Origin: Verrucomicrobiaceae bacterium
Lineage (GTDB): Bacteria; Verrucomicrobiota; Verrucomicrobiia; Verrucomicrobiales; Akkermansiaceae
Assembly (NCBI GenBank): GCA_051252135.1
Contig: JBPOGH010000013.1
Coordinates: forward strand, 1 to 64,000
DNA: 64,000 nucleotides
Direction of reading: 5' to 3'
The notes beneath the pieces are model-generated. The model was not told where the DNA came from and did not search any database. It worked only from the letters and a program-made list of their open reading frames with translations. Positions 42,057 to 52,581 of the stretch are shown here, in pieces. Every line of letters starts with the position of its first letter. Position 1 is the first letter of the stretch. A program made the position numbers and the translations under genes.

Positions 42057-43462
42057 TTCGCCCACTCCGCTACCGGAGCCTTCCCCGGCTCCCGGTTATC
42101 CAGCCCCTTGAGCTTCTTGAACCCATCCCCCAGCTCCGCCCGCTTCTGATCCGCCAGCGCCTGCATCCGCGCCATCACTTCCGGATGCTCCGCACTCACA
42201 TCCCTCGTCTCGTTCCGGTCCGCCTCCAGATCAAACAACTCCAGCCCCACCGTCGGAAAAAGATACTTCCCCGGCAGCCCGTCCTTCCCCGGATGCGTCT
42301 TCTCGTCCCGCCACTTGTGAGGAAATTGCAGCTTCCACTTCCCCATCCGCATCGCCTCCAGATTCCCCCGACCATAAAAGAAAAAGTAAGCCTCCTGCAC
42401 CGACTCCTCCCGCTCTCCCGTCAGCACCTTCCACGCGTCCTTACCGTCGATCTCCTTCTCCGGCAGCGCCGCCCCAATCAAGCCCGCAATCGTTGGTAAC
42501 AAATCAATCGTCATCACCGGAGTCTTCACCACCGACCCCGCCTTTAGCCTCCCCGGAAATTTCATCACACAAGGCACCCGCACCCCGCCCTCCCAACTCG
42601 TCCCCTTGCTCCCCCGCAACCCACCCGTCACGCCCCCATGGTTCCCGTAAACCATCCACGGACCATTATCGCTCGTAAAGATCACCAGCGTCTTCTCCTC
42701 CACCCCCGCCTTCTCCAACGCCGCCAACACCTGCCCCGTCGACCAATCAATCTCCTGAATCACATCTCCATAAAGCCCGCCCTTCGACGACCCCTTCCGC
42801 TCCTCCGAAACATAAAGCGGCACATGCGGCTGCGGGTGCGCCAGATACAGAAAAAACGGCGTCTCTTTGTTCTTCTCAATAAACGCCACCGACCTCTCCG
42901 TCAGCGTCTTCGTCATCTCCGTCTGATCGGTCTCCCGTCTCACAATCTCCGCCCCCTCATAAACCGGCAGCTGGGGAAACTTCGCCTTAAAATGGACCGG
43001 CCCGCTCGGCCACATGTCATTCGAATAGGGATACCCGTGATACTCATCGAACCCCTGGTTCACTGGCAAAAAAGGCTCCTGATAGCCCAAATGCCACTTC
43101 CCAAACATCGCCGTCGCATACCCCACACTCTTGCAAACCTCCGCCAGCGTCGTCTCCTCCGGATTCAGCCCCGTCGTGCTCGCCGGAAAAAGCGCCCCAT
43201 GAATCCCCAACCGGTTCGCATAACACCCCGTCAGCAACGCACACCGCGATGCCGAGCACACCGCCTGCGCCACATAAAAATCGGTAAACTTCACCCCCTC
43301 CTGCGCAATCGAATCAATATGCGGCGTCTCCCACCCCTCCGCCCCAAAACACCCCACATCCCCATACCCCAGATCATCACAATAAATCAGCACCACATTC
43401 GGCTTCTCCACCCCGCTCAACCAGGTCGTCACCGCTAACAAAACTCCGAAAATCCGCTTCAT
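42053..43462 (-). CDS. Sulfatase (arylsulfatase A-like)
   Basis: NVVLIYCDDLG, CSASR, GKWHLG, PYSNDM, PHVPL, SDNGPW. Confidence 0.95.
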   Translation of the reverse strand: MKRIFGVLLAVTTWLSGVEKPNVVLIYCDDLGYGDVGCFGAEGWETPHIDSIAQEGVKFTDFYVAQAVCSASRCALLTGCYANRLGIHGALFPASTTGLNPEETTLAEVCKSVGYATAMFGKWHLGYQEPFLPVNQGFDEYHGYPYSNDMWPSGPVHFKAKFPQLPVYEGAEIVRRETDQTEMTKTLTERSVAFIEKNKETPFFLYLAHPQPHVPLYVSEERKGSSKGGLYGDVIQEIDWSTGQVLAALEKAGVEEKTLVIFTSDNGPWMVYGNHGGVTGGLRGSKGTSWEGGVRVPCVMKFPGRLKAGSVVKTPVMTIDLLPTIAGLIGAALPEKEIDGKDAWKVLTGEREESVQEAYFFFYGRGNLEAMRMGKWKLQFPHKWRDEKTHPGKDGLPGKYLFPTVGLELFDLEADRNETRDVSAEHPEVMARMQALADQKRAELGDGFKKLKGLDNREPGKAPVAEWAK

Positions 43463-43558
43463 TTCGCAATCCTGACCAAAGAACATCCCTCTATCAATCC
43501 GCAAGAACACCCCAGTCTTGCCGTATCCTCACCATCCGCCATTCTTCTACCCAAGCCC

Positions 43559-45835
43559 ATGCGCAACTTCCTCTCGCTCATCTCCCTCTGCCTCGTTCTC
43601 CCTCTCCTCGCCCAGGATGAACTAAAAGAAGGACACTCCCATCAGGGCCACGCCTTCAACGAAGGCCCCCGCCAGGCCGGCCCCCTCCTCGGAAATACCG
43701 GAGAAGTCCACCTCCCCGTCACCACCACCTGGGACCAGGGACAGGCCTACTTCGACCAAGGCATCGGCCAACTCCACGGCTTCTGGTACTACGAAGCCGA
43801 ACGCTCTTTCCGCAACCTCCTCGCTCACGATCCCGCCTGCCCCATGGCCTACTGGGGCCTCGCCATGGCCAACTGGGAAAACGAAAAACGCGCCAAGGAG
43901 TTCATCACCAAAGGAAGCGAACTCCTCGAAAAAGCCACTCTCACCCCACTCGAAAAAGCCTACTTCAACGCCTACGCCAAATACTTCGGCGACAAACCCA
44001 AGGAAGCCCTCGAACGCCGCAAAGCCCTCCTCGCCGATCTCGAGAACATCATCCTCGACCACCCTCACGACCTCGAAGCCAAAGCCTTCTACGTCTGCCA
44101 CACCTGGCAGTTCAGCCGCAAGGGCATCAAGATCAACAGCCACATCGCCCTCGATGCCATCCTCGACCAGATCTTCCTCAAATCACCCCACCACCCCGCC
44201 CACCACTACTGCATCCACCTCTGGGACTACCGACGCCCCGCCGAAGCCCTCGGGTCCGCCGCCCGCCTCGGACAAACCGCCCCCGGCATCGCCCACATGT
44301 GGCACATGCCCGGCCACACCTACTCCAAGTCCAAGCGCTACCACGATGCCGCCTGGCAACAACAAGCCTCCGCCCGCGTCGACCACGCCCACATGATGGC
44401 CAACTTCCTCCTCCCCGACCAAATCCATAACTACGCCCACAACAATGGTTGGCTCTCCGAAAACTTCGCCTACCTCGGCAACGCCCAGGCCGCCGTCGAC
44501 ATGGCCAAATCCCTCCTCGCCAACCCCCGCCACCCTAAGCTCAACACCGAAAGCAAAGGCTCCCAAAAAGAAGGCCTCCAGCGCCTCACCCGCGCCCTCG
44601 AGGACTTCGAGCTCTGGCAGCAAGCCCTCGACCTCCAGGCCTCCGGCTGGCTCGAAAAATTCCCCGCCAACGAATCCCTCGACGCCCAACGCCTCCGCCT
44701 CGTCGGCCTCGCCCACTTCCACCTCGGCCAACAACAAGAACTCGCCGACACCATCACCCAACTCGAAGCCCACCTCACCCGCAAAGAAAAGGAAAAGAAA
44801 GAAGCCGAGGACAAAGCCCGCACCGAAGCCGAAGCCAAAATCAAAAAAGACGAAGCGCCCAAAGAAAAACCCAAGGACGCCAAAAACGACCCCGTCGCCA
44901 AAGCCGTCAAGGACGCCGGTAACCGCTTCAACGGCAGCATCAAAAACCTCAACAAACAGCTCAAACTCCTCCGCGGCTGCCACGCCCAATTATCCGGCGA
45001 CAAAAAAGCCGCCCTCGAATCCATCGCCAAATCCAACGCCCTCCCCGACCTCGGCCGCAAGCTCGCCCTCGGCGCCCCCAGCGAGGACCTCCTCCCCGAA
45101 GTCGAAAAACACCTCACCTCCGGCACCAAGCAAGCCGTCCCCCTCGCCAACGCCATCCACCTCGCCCACCAACTCGGCAAAAATAATCAGGCCCGCAAGG
45201 CCTTCGACGAACTCCGCACCTTCTCCTCCCAGATCGACCTCACCGCCCCCCCCTTCGCCCGCCTCGCCCCCCTCGCCAAGGATTTCGCCTACCCCGCCGA
45301 CTGGCGCCTCCCCCACACTCCCGCCACCGACCTCCTCCCTAGACCGAGCCTCGACTCCCTCGGCCCCCTCCACTGGACCCCACCCGCCGCTCCCGACTTC
45401 AACCTCCCCGACCAACACGGCAAAAACCTCGCCCTCACCTCCCAAAAAGGAAAACCCTTCATCCTCGTCTTCTACCTCGGCGCCGGCTGCCTCCACTGCA
45501 CCGAACAACTCACCGCCATGGCCGACCGCTACCCCGACTTCCAAAAGGCCAAGCTCCCCATCCTCGCCATCTCCACCGATCCCGTCGACCAACTCAAGGA
45601 ATCCCAGGATAACTACACCAAAGGCACCATCCCCTTCCCCATCGTTTCAAATTCCGCCAAAGACATCTTCAAAGCCTACACCGCCCACGATGACTTCGAG
45701 GACCAACCCCTCCACGGCACCTTCATCATCGACCCCTCCGGCCGCATCCTCTGGCAGGACATCTCCGCCGACCCCTTCATGGACCTCGACTTCCTCATCA
45801 AAGAAGGCCAGCGCATGCTCAAAATCCACCGCTAG
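43559..45835 (+). CDS. Secreted His-rich TPR-like protein fused to a C-terminal AhpC/TSA redoxin domain
   Basis: Signal peptide; helical region with HPAHHYCIHLWD and AHMWHMPGHTY; redoxin APDFNLPDQ.GK...FYLGAGCLHC...HGTFIID. Confidence 0.85.
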   Translation: MRNFLSLISLCLVLPLLAQDELKEGHSHQGHAFNEGPRQAGPLLGNTGEVHLPVTTTWDQGQAYFDQGIGQLHGFWYYEAERSFRNLLAHDPACPMAYWGLAMANWENEKRAKEFITKGSELLEKATLTPLEKAYFNAYAKYFGDKPKEALERRKALLADLENIILDHPHDLEAKAFYVCHTWQFSRKGIKINSHIALDAILDQIFLKSPHHPAHHYCIHLWDYRRPAEALGSAARLGQTAPGIAHMWHMPGHTYSKSKRYHDAAWQQQASARVDHAHMMANFLLPDQIHNYAHNNGWLSENFAYLGNAQAAVDMAKSLLANPRHPKLNTESKGSQKEGLQRLTRALEDFELWQQALDLQASGWLEKFPANESLDAQRLRLVGLAHFHLGQQQELADTITQLEAHLTRKEKEKKEAEDKARTEAEAKIKKDEAPKEKPKDAKNDPVAKAVKDAGNRFNGSIKNLNKQLKLLRGCHAQLSGDKKAALESIAKSNALPDLGRKLALGAPSEDLLPEVEKHLTSGTKQAVPLANAIHLAHQLGKNNQARKAFDELRTFSSQIDLTAPPFARLAPLAKDFAYPADWRLPHTPATDLLPRPSLDSLGPLHWTPPAAPDFNLPDQHGKNLALTSQKGKPFILVFYLGAGCLHCTEQLTAMADRYPDFQKAKLPILAISTDPVDQLKESQDNYTKGTIPFPIVSNSAKDIFKAYTAHDDFEDQPLHGTFIIDPSGRILWQDISADPFMDLDFLIKEGQRMLKIHR

Positions 45836-45889
45836 GTGCCAAGACAACCTCCACCGTTGTCGCTTCCACGACCTAACAAAGAGGCCATC

Positions 45890-46258
45890 CTACTCTCCGA
45901 GTTCCTTGCGGAAATCGTTCCGCACCTTCCGCTCCGCCAGGTCAATGTAAAGTGCCGCATTGGGATCACCCGCCGCCGCATCATATCCCTTGTCGTAGCT
46001 GAACAAGTGCTTCGGAAAATACTCCACGTACTTCTCCCGCTCCTGACTCGTCAGACGACCCCACACCGCAAAGTTCACTGAGCGCGCAAGCTTCTGCTTC
46101 ATCTTCAGCGTAAGCTTCCGCCCCTTGCGGGACTTCTGCACCTGCTTGTGGGTCAGTTGCTCCGGGGAAATCTCCACCACCTGATGGTTCGTTAAATTCC
46201 AACCGGTCAGGATGGCGTCCAGTGGCTGGACGCCGAAGTCGCGTTCTTCTGTGCTCAT
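45890..46258 (-). CDS. Hypothetical protein (122 aa)
   Basis: Abuts the desaturase stop; G.QPLD..L...LTHKQVQKSRKGRKLT pattern is basic and possibly HTH-like. Confidence 0.75.
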   Translation of the reverse strand: MSTEERDFGVQPLDAILTGWNLTNHQVVEISPEQLTHKQVQKSRKGRKLTLKMKQKLARSVNFAVWGRLTSQEREKYVEYFPKHLFSYDKGYDAAAGDPNAALYIDLAERKVRNDFRKELGE

Positions 46259-47365
46259 TTATGCGGGGAGGAGACGAAGATCTCCAAGCTGGTCGATCAG
46301 GTCTCGGGTTTCCTTGCGCCAGCGCTTCACGTTCTCACGGGAGGTCTCGATCTGCTCGGTCACCATCTTCTCGATCTCCTCGAGATTCTTCGAAAGCTGG
46401 TCAATCATCCCGTTGATCTTGGCAACGGCCTGATCACAGAGTGAACCCTGCTCGGAAAGCTCCGCAATCCGCTGCTCGGCCTTACGCTGCGCCTCCCGCA
46501 TCTCGGCAGCCACGATCTTATTCGTAGGCACCCGGCGGAGGTCGGAAACAAGACCCATCTTCTCAAGCGCAATGATCGACCACTTCGTGGGATCAAAATT
46601 CCAAACCTTCACGCCGTTGCGGTAATCGTGCTGAAACTCGTGGTGGTAGTTGTGATAACCCTCACCGTAGGTCACCAGCGCCATGATCCAGCTGTCACGG
46701 GCGGAGCAGCGGGTCGAATAAGGCTGGTCGCCAATCATGTGGCAGAGGGAGTTGATGAAGAACGTGCACTGCTGCACCAGCACCACCCGCAGAGCACCCA
46801 CAACCAAAAAGCCGGCCCAGGCACCAATCGCACCACCTTCGATGTATCCGATGGCCGCCGGAAGAATCAAACCCACCACAAAGGCCACCAACACATAGAA
46901 CCGGTCCTGAAGGCGCACCAACACATCACGGCGAAGGTCCTTCACATTATCAATCGGCTGCTCGGCATCCAGCTTGAACAAAATCCAGCCAATGTGCGCC
47001 CAAAAGAAACCCTTCGAAATATCATACGGATCCTCATCTTCATCCACGTGCTTGTGGTGACGACGGTGATCGGAGGCCCAGTGAATCACCGAGTTCTCAA
47101 ACGCGCACGCCCCAAAGACCAACGTCGCCAGACGAACCGGCCACTTCGCTTTGAAGGAAAGATGGGAAAACAAACGGTGGTAGCCCAGCGTGATGCTCAG
47201 CCCGGTCGCAATCATGTAGAAGGCGAACATCCCCCACATCAAGGGGCTCACCTCGCTAAAATTAAAAAAGAGGAAAATCGGCGCGGCAATGATGCCCACC
47301 GTTGTGATCACAAACAAAAAAGAGGTGTTAACCCAATTGACGCGATGGAAAGGAATACGATTCAT
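46259..47365 (-). CDS. Delta-9 type acyl-CoA/acyl-lipid desaturase
   Basis: His boxes GYHRLFSH, DHRRHHKH, EGYHNYHH; DYRNG; four transmembrane segments. Confidence 0.95.
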   Translation of the reverse strand: MNRIPFHRVNWVNTSFLFVITTVGIIAAPIFLFFNFSEVSPLMWGMFAFYMIATGLSITLGYHRLFSHLSFKAKWPVRLATLVFGACAFENSVIHWASDHRRHHKHVDEDEDPYDISKGFFWAHIGWILFKLDAEQPIDNVKDLRRDVLVRLQDRFYVLVAFVVGLILPAAIGYIEGGAIGAWAGFLVVGALRVVLVQQCTFFINSLCHMIGDQPYSTRCSARDSWIMALVTYGEGYHNYHHEFQHDYRNGVKVWNFDPTKWSIIALEKMGLVSDLRRVPTNKIVAAEMREAQRKAEQRIAELSEQGSLCDQAVAKINGMIDQLSKNLEEIEKMVTEQIETSRENVKRWRKETRDLIDQLGDLRLLPA

Positions 47366-47510
47366 AATCAAAGACAATGGTTTTGGAACTGAAGAAGAAA
47401 CAACAACACGTTTCCCCCTCGGGTCGGTAGCCTAACTTCCCACAATCCGAAACACCAGCCTGAAATATTCCACCCCCTTTCCCTCTTCCCGGCCTTCCCG
47501 CCCGCTCCCA

Positions 47511-50447
47511 TCAGGGAATTCGCTGTCCGTAAACCGTCACGGTATCCACGCCAACCCCCTCATCATCAAGGGAATACGCCGCACCATTCCCGTCCTGAAG
47601 TCGCAAGCGCAGGTCCCACTTGTCTCCAATCTGAAGCACTTTCCCGTTAATCGGGTAGGTAAGCGTAAAATTGACCACCGCACTCCCACCCGCCGTGCTC
47701 ACCATCGTCTGCCTCGGCGACACAATCCCCGGACTATCCAACGCCCCGTTCAGCCACGCCACCAGGTCCGCACTCACCTCCGTCAACGCTCCCGCAGTCC
47801 GATTCGTCCACAGCGTCCCCGAGTAAACCACCCGCGTCACCGTAATCGCTTCCGCCGCGATAACCGCCGTCTGAATCTGGGTCCCAATCGCCGCCGCCTG
47901 CAGCTGCGCCCCGCTCCAGGCCACTACCGGGTCATCAAAACCAAACACCCCCGCACCCGAAATCACCCCGGAGTTCCCTCCCGAAAAAGTCGCGTCCAGC
48001 GGATTCGCCAAAGTCGATAAGCTCACCGGCGCCAACGATCCCCCCCGAAAGGTCCAGATCGCCAGTGGCTCCTCCCCATTCTTCTCCCCCGCAATCCGAA
48101 AAAATCCCTTCTCGGAATCAAACGCGGTATCCTCCAATCGCAAAATATAATCCGTCGCCTCACCCGCCGGCGTCCCATACACTTCCTCCACCAGCGTCCC
48201 CTGGGTCGCCTCCACCCCGCCACTCACCGTAAACACCGACGCAAACGGCGTCGCGAGATCGGGCGAGTACTCCACCGCCAACCCCTCATCACCCGTCGCC
48301 TGCCTGCTTGAAAATCGCAGCAGCGCCCGTGGCGGCGACACCTCATCATCAAACTCCAACCTCAAGTCATCCGGATTGAGATAGTCCAAAAAGTCCGCCT
48401 TTCCATTCCCCGTCGCATCCTCATTCAGCAACGCCGTCCCCCCGGGAGGAACCGTCAGCGTATCCTCCAACCGCGAACCGTAAGCCGATGCCGTCTTGAA
48501 CCGAAACGCAAACGCCGCCTCGCGAACCCAACGCACCACCCGACTCGTCCCGTTGTCGTCATACTTCGCCCAACCCTGATCCCACGTGATCGAATAATGC
48601 GTGTCCGGCTGCAGCGGAGGAAAATCTTGAAACACCATCGACGTCGTTCCCTGCGCCACATGCGAGGCATCCGGATCGGACTCCCACAAGATCGCCGGGT
48701 CCCCGTACCGTTGCAGCCGAATCTTCAACCCCGCCGTCCCATTGAAATCAACCGCCCCCGCAAACTCGAAGCTCAGCTTCGTATCCAGCGGCACCCCGCT
48801 CGCCATGTATTCGGGAGTCGAACCCACCAGCCCGTCCATGATCCGGTCATACCCCCAGCCACGATGCTTCGTTCCCGCCGGCAAATTCCAAACCGACCCA
48901 CCGGGATTCGCCGACCCCGGAGGAGGATTCGCCGCAAAATGCGCCTCCCACTGACTCACCAACCCACTCAACCGCCCCGGATGCTTCCCCGCCAAATTGC
49001 GAATTTCCGCCGGATCGTTCACCTGGTCATACAGCTCCCACGGCCCGTCCGTATATCGAACCGCCTTCCACCCGTCATCCATCAGGGCCTTCGACCGCGT
49101 CTCGTAATGGCTGATGAAAAAATCACTCCCCGCCCCGGAACTCGCATCCGTAAACAGCGGCACAATGCTCTCCCCCATCAACGGCTTCGTCACCTTCCCG
49201 CCATAACTCGACGGATAGCTCGCTCCCGCCAACTCCAAAAAGGTCGGGTAGAAGTCCCACAAATTGGACGTCTGATGCAGAATCGACCCGCCCGGCAGCG
49301 TGATCCCGTCCGGCCAATGCGCCACGAACGGACTGCGAATCCCCCCGTTGTAACCCGAGTGCTTGTAGGATCGAAAAGGCGTATTTTGCAAAGCGCCCCA
49401 ACCGTAATTGGTGTTAAAATTGGCATTCGAAGCACGGTCCCACGGCAGCGCATTCCGGTCCGTATACTGCCCCGCATACGCCCCGCCATTGTCCGAACAA
49501 AAAATGATGAGCGTGTCATCCAGCACCGAGTCATCCGTCGCCGGATTCCCGTCCGGATCCTCCAAATGCGCGATCAGTCGACCCACGTTCTGATCCACCT
49601 TGTCCATCATCGCCGCATAAGCCGACATGCACAGCGTCTCAAAGTCCTTCTGCAACGCCCACGCATCCGATGACGTCTCGGGCAACGAATCCCACTTCGG
49701 CACTTCCACCCCGTAATCCGCCAGCGGCATCTCCGCCGGCACAATCCCCATCGCCTTCTGCCGCGCCAACCGGTCCTTCCTCAGCTGATCCCAACCCGCA
49801 TCATAAACCCCGTTGTCGTAATATTTTCGTACCTCCGCTTCCGGCGCCTGCAGCTTCCCGTGCGGCGCATTGTAACACACCCACGTAAAAAACGGCTTAT
49901 TCAGCGTCACCGCCTCATCAATAAAATCGATCGCGTAATCCGTGATCGCATCAGTCGCATAAAAGTCCGGCCCAAAACCCGTAAAGTCCTGATCATCCAA
50001 ACGCCACGTCCCATCTCCCGAAAAGTTATCCGTCGCCCCACCCCGAAACCCAAAGAACCGCTCAAACCCGTAATCCGTGTTCGCGTTCCCCGTCGAAATA
50101 TTGCTGATCGCATGGCTCTTCCCCGCCAGGCTCGTGTGATACCCCGCATCCCGCAGCAGATGGGCAAACGACACCCCCTTCGAAATGTTGGAGTATCCCG
50201 CCGCACTGTACTCCATCCCCGCCAGCAAACTCGCCCGCGACGTCACACACATCGGCGTGACATGAAAGTTCGTCAGCCGCAATCCCCCGTCCGCCAGGCT
50301 GTCAATATGCGGCGTCTCAATCTCGCCCCCGTAACACCCAATGTCCGAGTAGCCCATGTCGTCCACAAACAGGAAGACGATGTTCGGCTGCGTCGCCAGC
50401 AACGGGCCCGCCCCCATCAGGAACGTCGCAAAAAGTGGATTTTTCAT
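47511..50447 (-). CDS. Arylsulfatase with Ig-like and C-terminal accessory domains
   Basis: FLFVDDMGYSDIGCYGGEI.TP, CVTSR, NAPH..LQAP, SDNG, NTPFR.YK. Start at MKNPLF, which gives a signal peptide. Confidence 0.9.
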   Translation of the reverse strand: MKNPLFATFLMGAGPLLATQPNIVFLFVDDMGYSDIGCYGGEIETPHIDSLADGGLRLTNFHVTPMCVTSRASLLAGMEYSAAGYSNISKGVSFAHLLRDAGYHTSLAGKSHAISNISTGNANTDYGFERFFGFRGGATDNFSGDGTWRLDDQDFTGFGPDFYATDAITDYAIDFIDEAVTLNKPFFTWVCYNAPHGKLQAPEAEVRKYYDNGVYDAGWDQLRKDRLARQKAMGIVPAEMPLADYGVEVPKWDSLPETSSDAWALQKDFETLCMSAYAAMMDKVDQNVGRLIAHLEDPDGNPATDDSVLDDTLIIFCSDNGGAYAGQYTDRNALPWDRASNANFNTNYGWGALQNTPFRSYKHSGYNGGIRSPFVAHWPDGITLPGGSILHQTSNLWDFYPTFLELAGASYPSSYGGKVTKPLMGESIVPLFTDASSGAGSDFFISHYETRSKALMDDGWKAVRYTDGPWELYDQVNDPAEIRNLAGKHPGRLSGLVSQWEAHFAANPPPGSANPGGSVWNLPAGTKHRGWGYDRIMDGLVGSTPEYMASGVPLDTKLSFEFAGAVDFNGTAGLKIRLQRYGDPAILWESDPDASHVAQGTTSMVFQDFPPLQPDTHYSITWDQGWAKYDDNGTSRVVRWVREAAFAFRFKTASAYGSRLEDTLTVPPGGTALLNEDATGNGKADFLDYLNPDDLRLEFDDEVSPPRALLRFSSRQATGDEGLAVEYSPDLATPFASVFTVSGGVEATQGTLVEEVYGTPAGEATDYILRLEDTAFDSEKGFFRIAGEKNGEEPLAIWTFRGGSLAPVSLSTLANPLDATFSGGNSGVISGAGVFGFDDPVVAWSGAQLQAAAIGTQIQTAVIAAEAITVTRVVYSGTLWTNRTAGALTEVSADLVAWLNGALDSPGIVSPRQTMVSTAGGSAVVNFTLTYPINGKVLQIGDKWDLRLRLQDGNGAAYSLDDEGVGVDTVTVYGQRIP

Positions 50448-50536
50448 AGGTGTCAGGGCCAAATCGGTCGAAATCGCCAGATACGTAACGTTTCTTATTC
50501 TCGCCCTCTTGTCCAACTCCAATTCAATTCGCCCCC

Positions 50537-52525
50537 TCACTTCTGCGGCCAGGCCATCAAGACCTTCCCCTCTTCACTCAGCAGCCGCAGCTTGGAAATC
50601 ACCGCACTCCCCGGCCCATCCCCAAGATCGAGGCGCAACTGATGAAGCCGTTCTTTCGTCCTCAAGGGCACCGTAACCAATGACGGCCTCTTCCCCGTCT
50701 GCACCGGAAAAATGACGTTCATCCCCTTCGGCAAGATCGTCTGCGCACTCGTCGTAAAAAACACCTCACCCTGACTCGCGGTCTCACTCACCAGCTGAAA
50801 CTCCAGCCGATACGGCCCGCCCGCCAGATCACTCCCCCGCAAGTCCATCGCAATCCCCGGGTCCTCCCCGTCAAAGCGCAGACGCAGCTCGTCCCCCACC
50901 ACCTTCAGCACCGTATTCTTCCGCGCCCGAATCCCCACCGGCCCCTTCGCCTTCTTCCGCTTCACTCCCCCCTTTCTCAAATACTCCTCCGGCGTTTTCG
51001 CTTCAAAAAACGTCCACTCCGGATGCCGGTGCGGCGGCCCGCTCTCCTTCACCGGAGCATAAGCCTGCGGCTGGGCATGCAACACGTCCTTCGCCATCGC
51101 CGTCCACGTCGCCACCATCTTCTCCAATCGCTCCGGCTCCTGCGCCGCCAAATCATTCGTCTCCGCCCGATCGTCCGCCAAATTGTAAAGCTCCCACGCC
51201 TCACTCTGAAAACTCACCAGCTTCCAGTCCCCCTCCCGCAACCCGCGATCTTTCGCAAAAAGGAAATGCAAAGGCCCCCTCTCCCCCAGCGATCCCCCGT
51301 CCAATATCGGCTTCAGCGACACCCCCGATACCGCCCGCAACTCACGCCCCTCCCACGCTTTCGGAATCTCACTCCCCGTCACCTCCGCCAGCGTCGGCAA
51401 CACATCGATCAAATGCGCCGGCTCATGAACAATCCCCCCCTTCGCCACCTTCAACCCCTTCGGCCAATGCACAATCGCCGGCGTCGAAATCCCACCCTCA
51501 TATTGATTCTGCTTATAAAAACGAAACGGACTGTTCCGCGCCCACGACCACCCCGTCGAATCCCCTAAAAACACCGACCCGTTCGTCGGCTCCACATTCA
51601 GGAGCGGCGTCCTCCGGTCATACGGACACGCCCCGTTGTCCGAGACAAAAAGGATGAGCGTATTCTCAAACTCCCCGTTCTTTTTCAAATCCGCCACCAG
51701 CCGACCCACCTCCTGATCCACCCGATCAATCATCGCCGCCAGCGTCACCATCCGGTTCGCCTCATAATCCCGCTTCCATGGCTCCATCCCCGCCCACGCC
51801 GCCACATGCTCCGGCCGCGGACTCGGCGTCAGCCCCTCATCCAAAATCCCCAGCTTCTTCTGCTTCGCAATCCGCGCCTCCCGCACCACATCCCACCCCT
51901 CGGTGTAGCGCCCCTTGTATTTCGCATAATCCTCCGGCAGCGCATGCAGCGGCTCATGCGGCGCATTGAAGGCGACATACAAATACCACGGCTTCTTCGT
52001 CTCCCGCGCCTCTTCCAGAAACTCCAGCGCATAATCCACCGCCGCCACCGTCGTATAAAATCCCTCCTTCGGCACCTCCCACTTCTCCCCGTTCAACCGA
52101 AACGTCCCGTCCCCCAGGAAAAAATTCGTCGCCCCACTCAGGTGCCCAAAATACCGCTCAAACCCAAAGTCCGTCGGCTCTTTCTTCAAGTGCCACTTCC
52201 CCGTCATCGCCGTAAAGTATCCCGCCTCTTTCAGAACTTCAGCCGACGTCACCCCGTGCGTCAGCGCCTCATCCCCCGCCGCAATGCAATACTGCCCCGT
52301 CAGCAGCGACACCCGCGACGAATGACACTTCGCCGTGTTGTAGAACTGCGAAAACCGCATCCCGCCCGCTGCCAGCGCATCCAGATTCGGCGTCTCAATC
52401 TCCCCCCCGTAACACCCGATATCCGAAAACCCCAGATCATCCACCATCATCACCACCACGTTCGGCCGCTCGCCCGCCACCAGCGATTGCGCCACCACCA
52501 ACACCCCGAGTAAGAAAGCCCTCAT
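50537..52525 (-). CDS. Arylsulfatase with C-terminal beta-sandwich domain
   Basis: MMVDDLGFSDIGCYGGEI.TP, CHSSR, GKWHL, NAPH.PLHA, SDNGA, YEGGISTP. Confidence 0.93.
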   Translation of the reverse strand: MRAFLLGVLVVAQSLVAGERPNVVVMMVDDLGFSDIGCYGGEIETPNLDALAAGGMRFSQFYNTAKCHSSRVSLLTGQYCIAAGDEALTHGVTSAEVLKEAGYFTAMTGKWHLKKEPTDFGFERYFGHLSGATNFFLGDGTFRLNGEKWEVPKEGFYTTVAAVDYALEFLEEARETKKPWYLYVAFNAPHEPLHALPEDYAKYKGRYTEGWDVVREARIAKQKKLGILDEGLTPSPRPEHVAAWAGMEPWKRDYEANRMVTLAAMIDRVDQEVGRLVADLKKNGEFENTLILFVSDNGACPYDRRTPLLNVEPTNGSVFLGDSTGWSWARNSPFRFYKQNQYEGGISTPAIVHWPKGLKVAKGGIVHEPAHLIDVLPTLAEVTGSEIPKAWEGRELRAVSGVSLKPILDGGSLGERGPLHFLFAKDRGLREGDWKLVSFQSEAWELYNLADDRAETNDLAAQEPERLEKMVATWTAMAKDVLHAQPQAYAPVKESGPPHRHPEWTFFEAKTPEEYLRKGGVKRKKAKGPVGIRARKNTVLKVVGDELRLRFDGEDPGIAMDLRGSDLAGGPYRLEFQLVSETASQGEVFFTTSAQTILPKGMNVIFPVQTGKRPSLVTVPLRTKERLHQLRLDLGDGPGSAVISKLRLLSEEGKVLMAWPQK

Positions 52526-52581
52526 GGAGCAAAACCATAAGGCCCATTCTCACCCCATCAAGGACTCAAAAAGCCCCCGCC

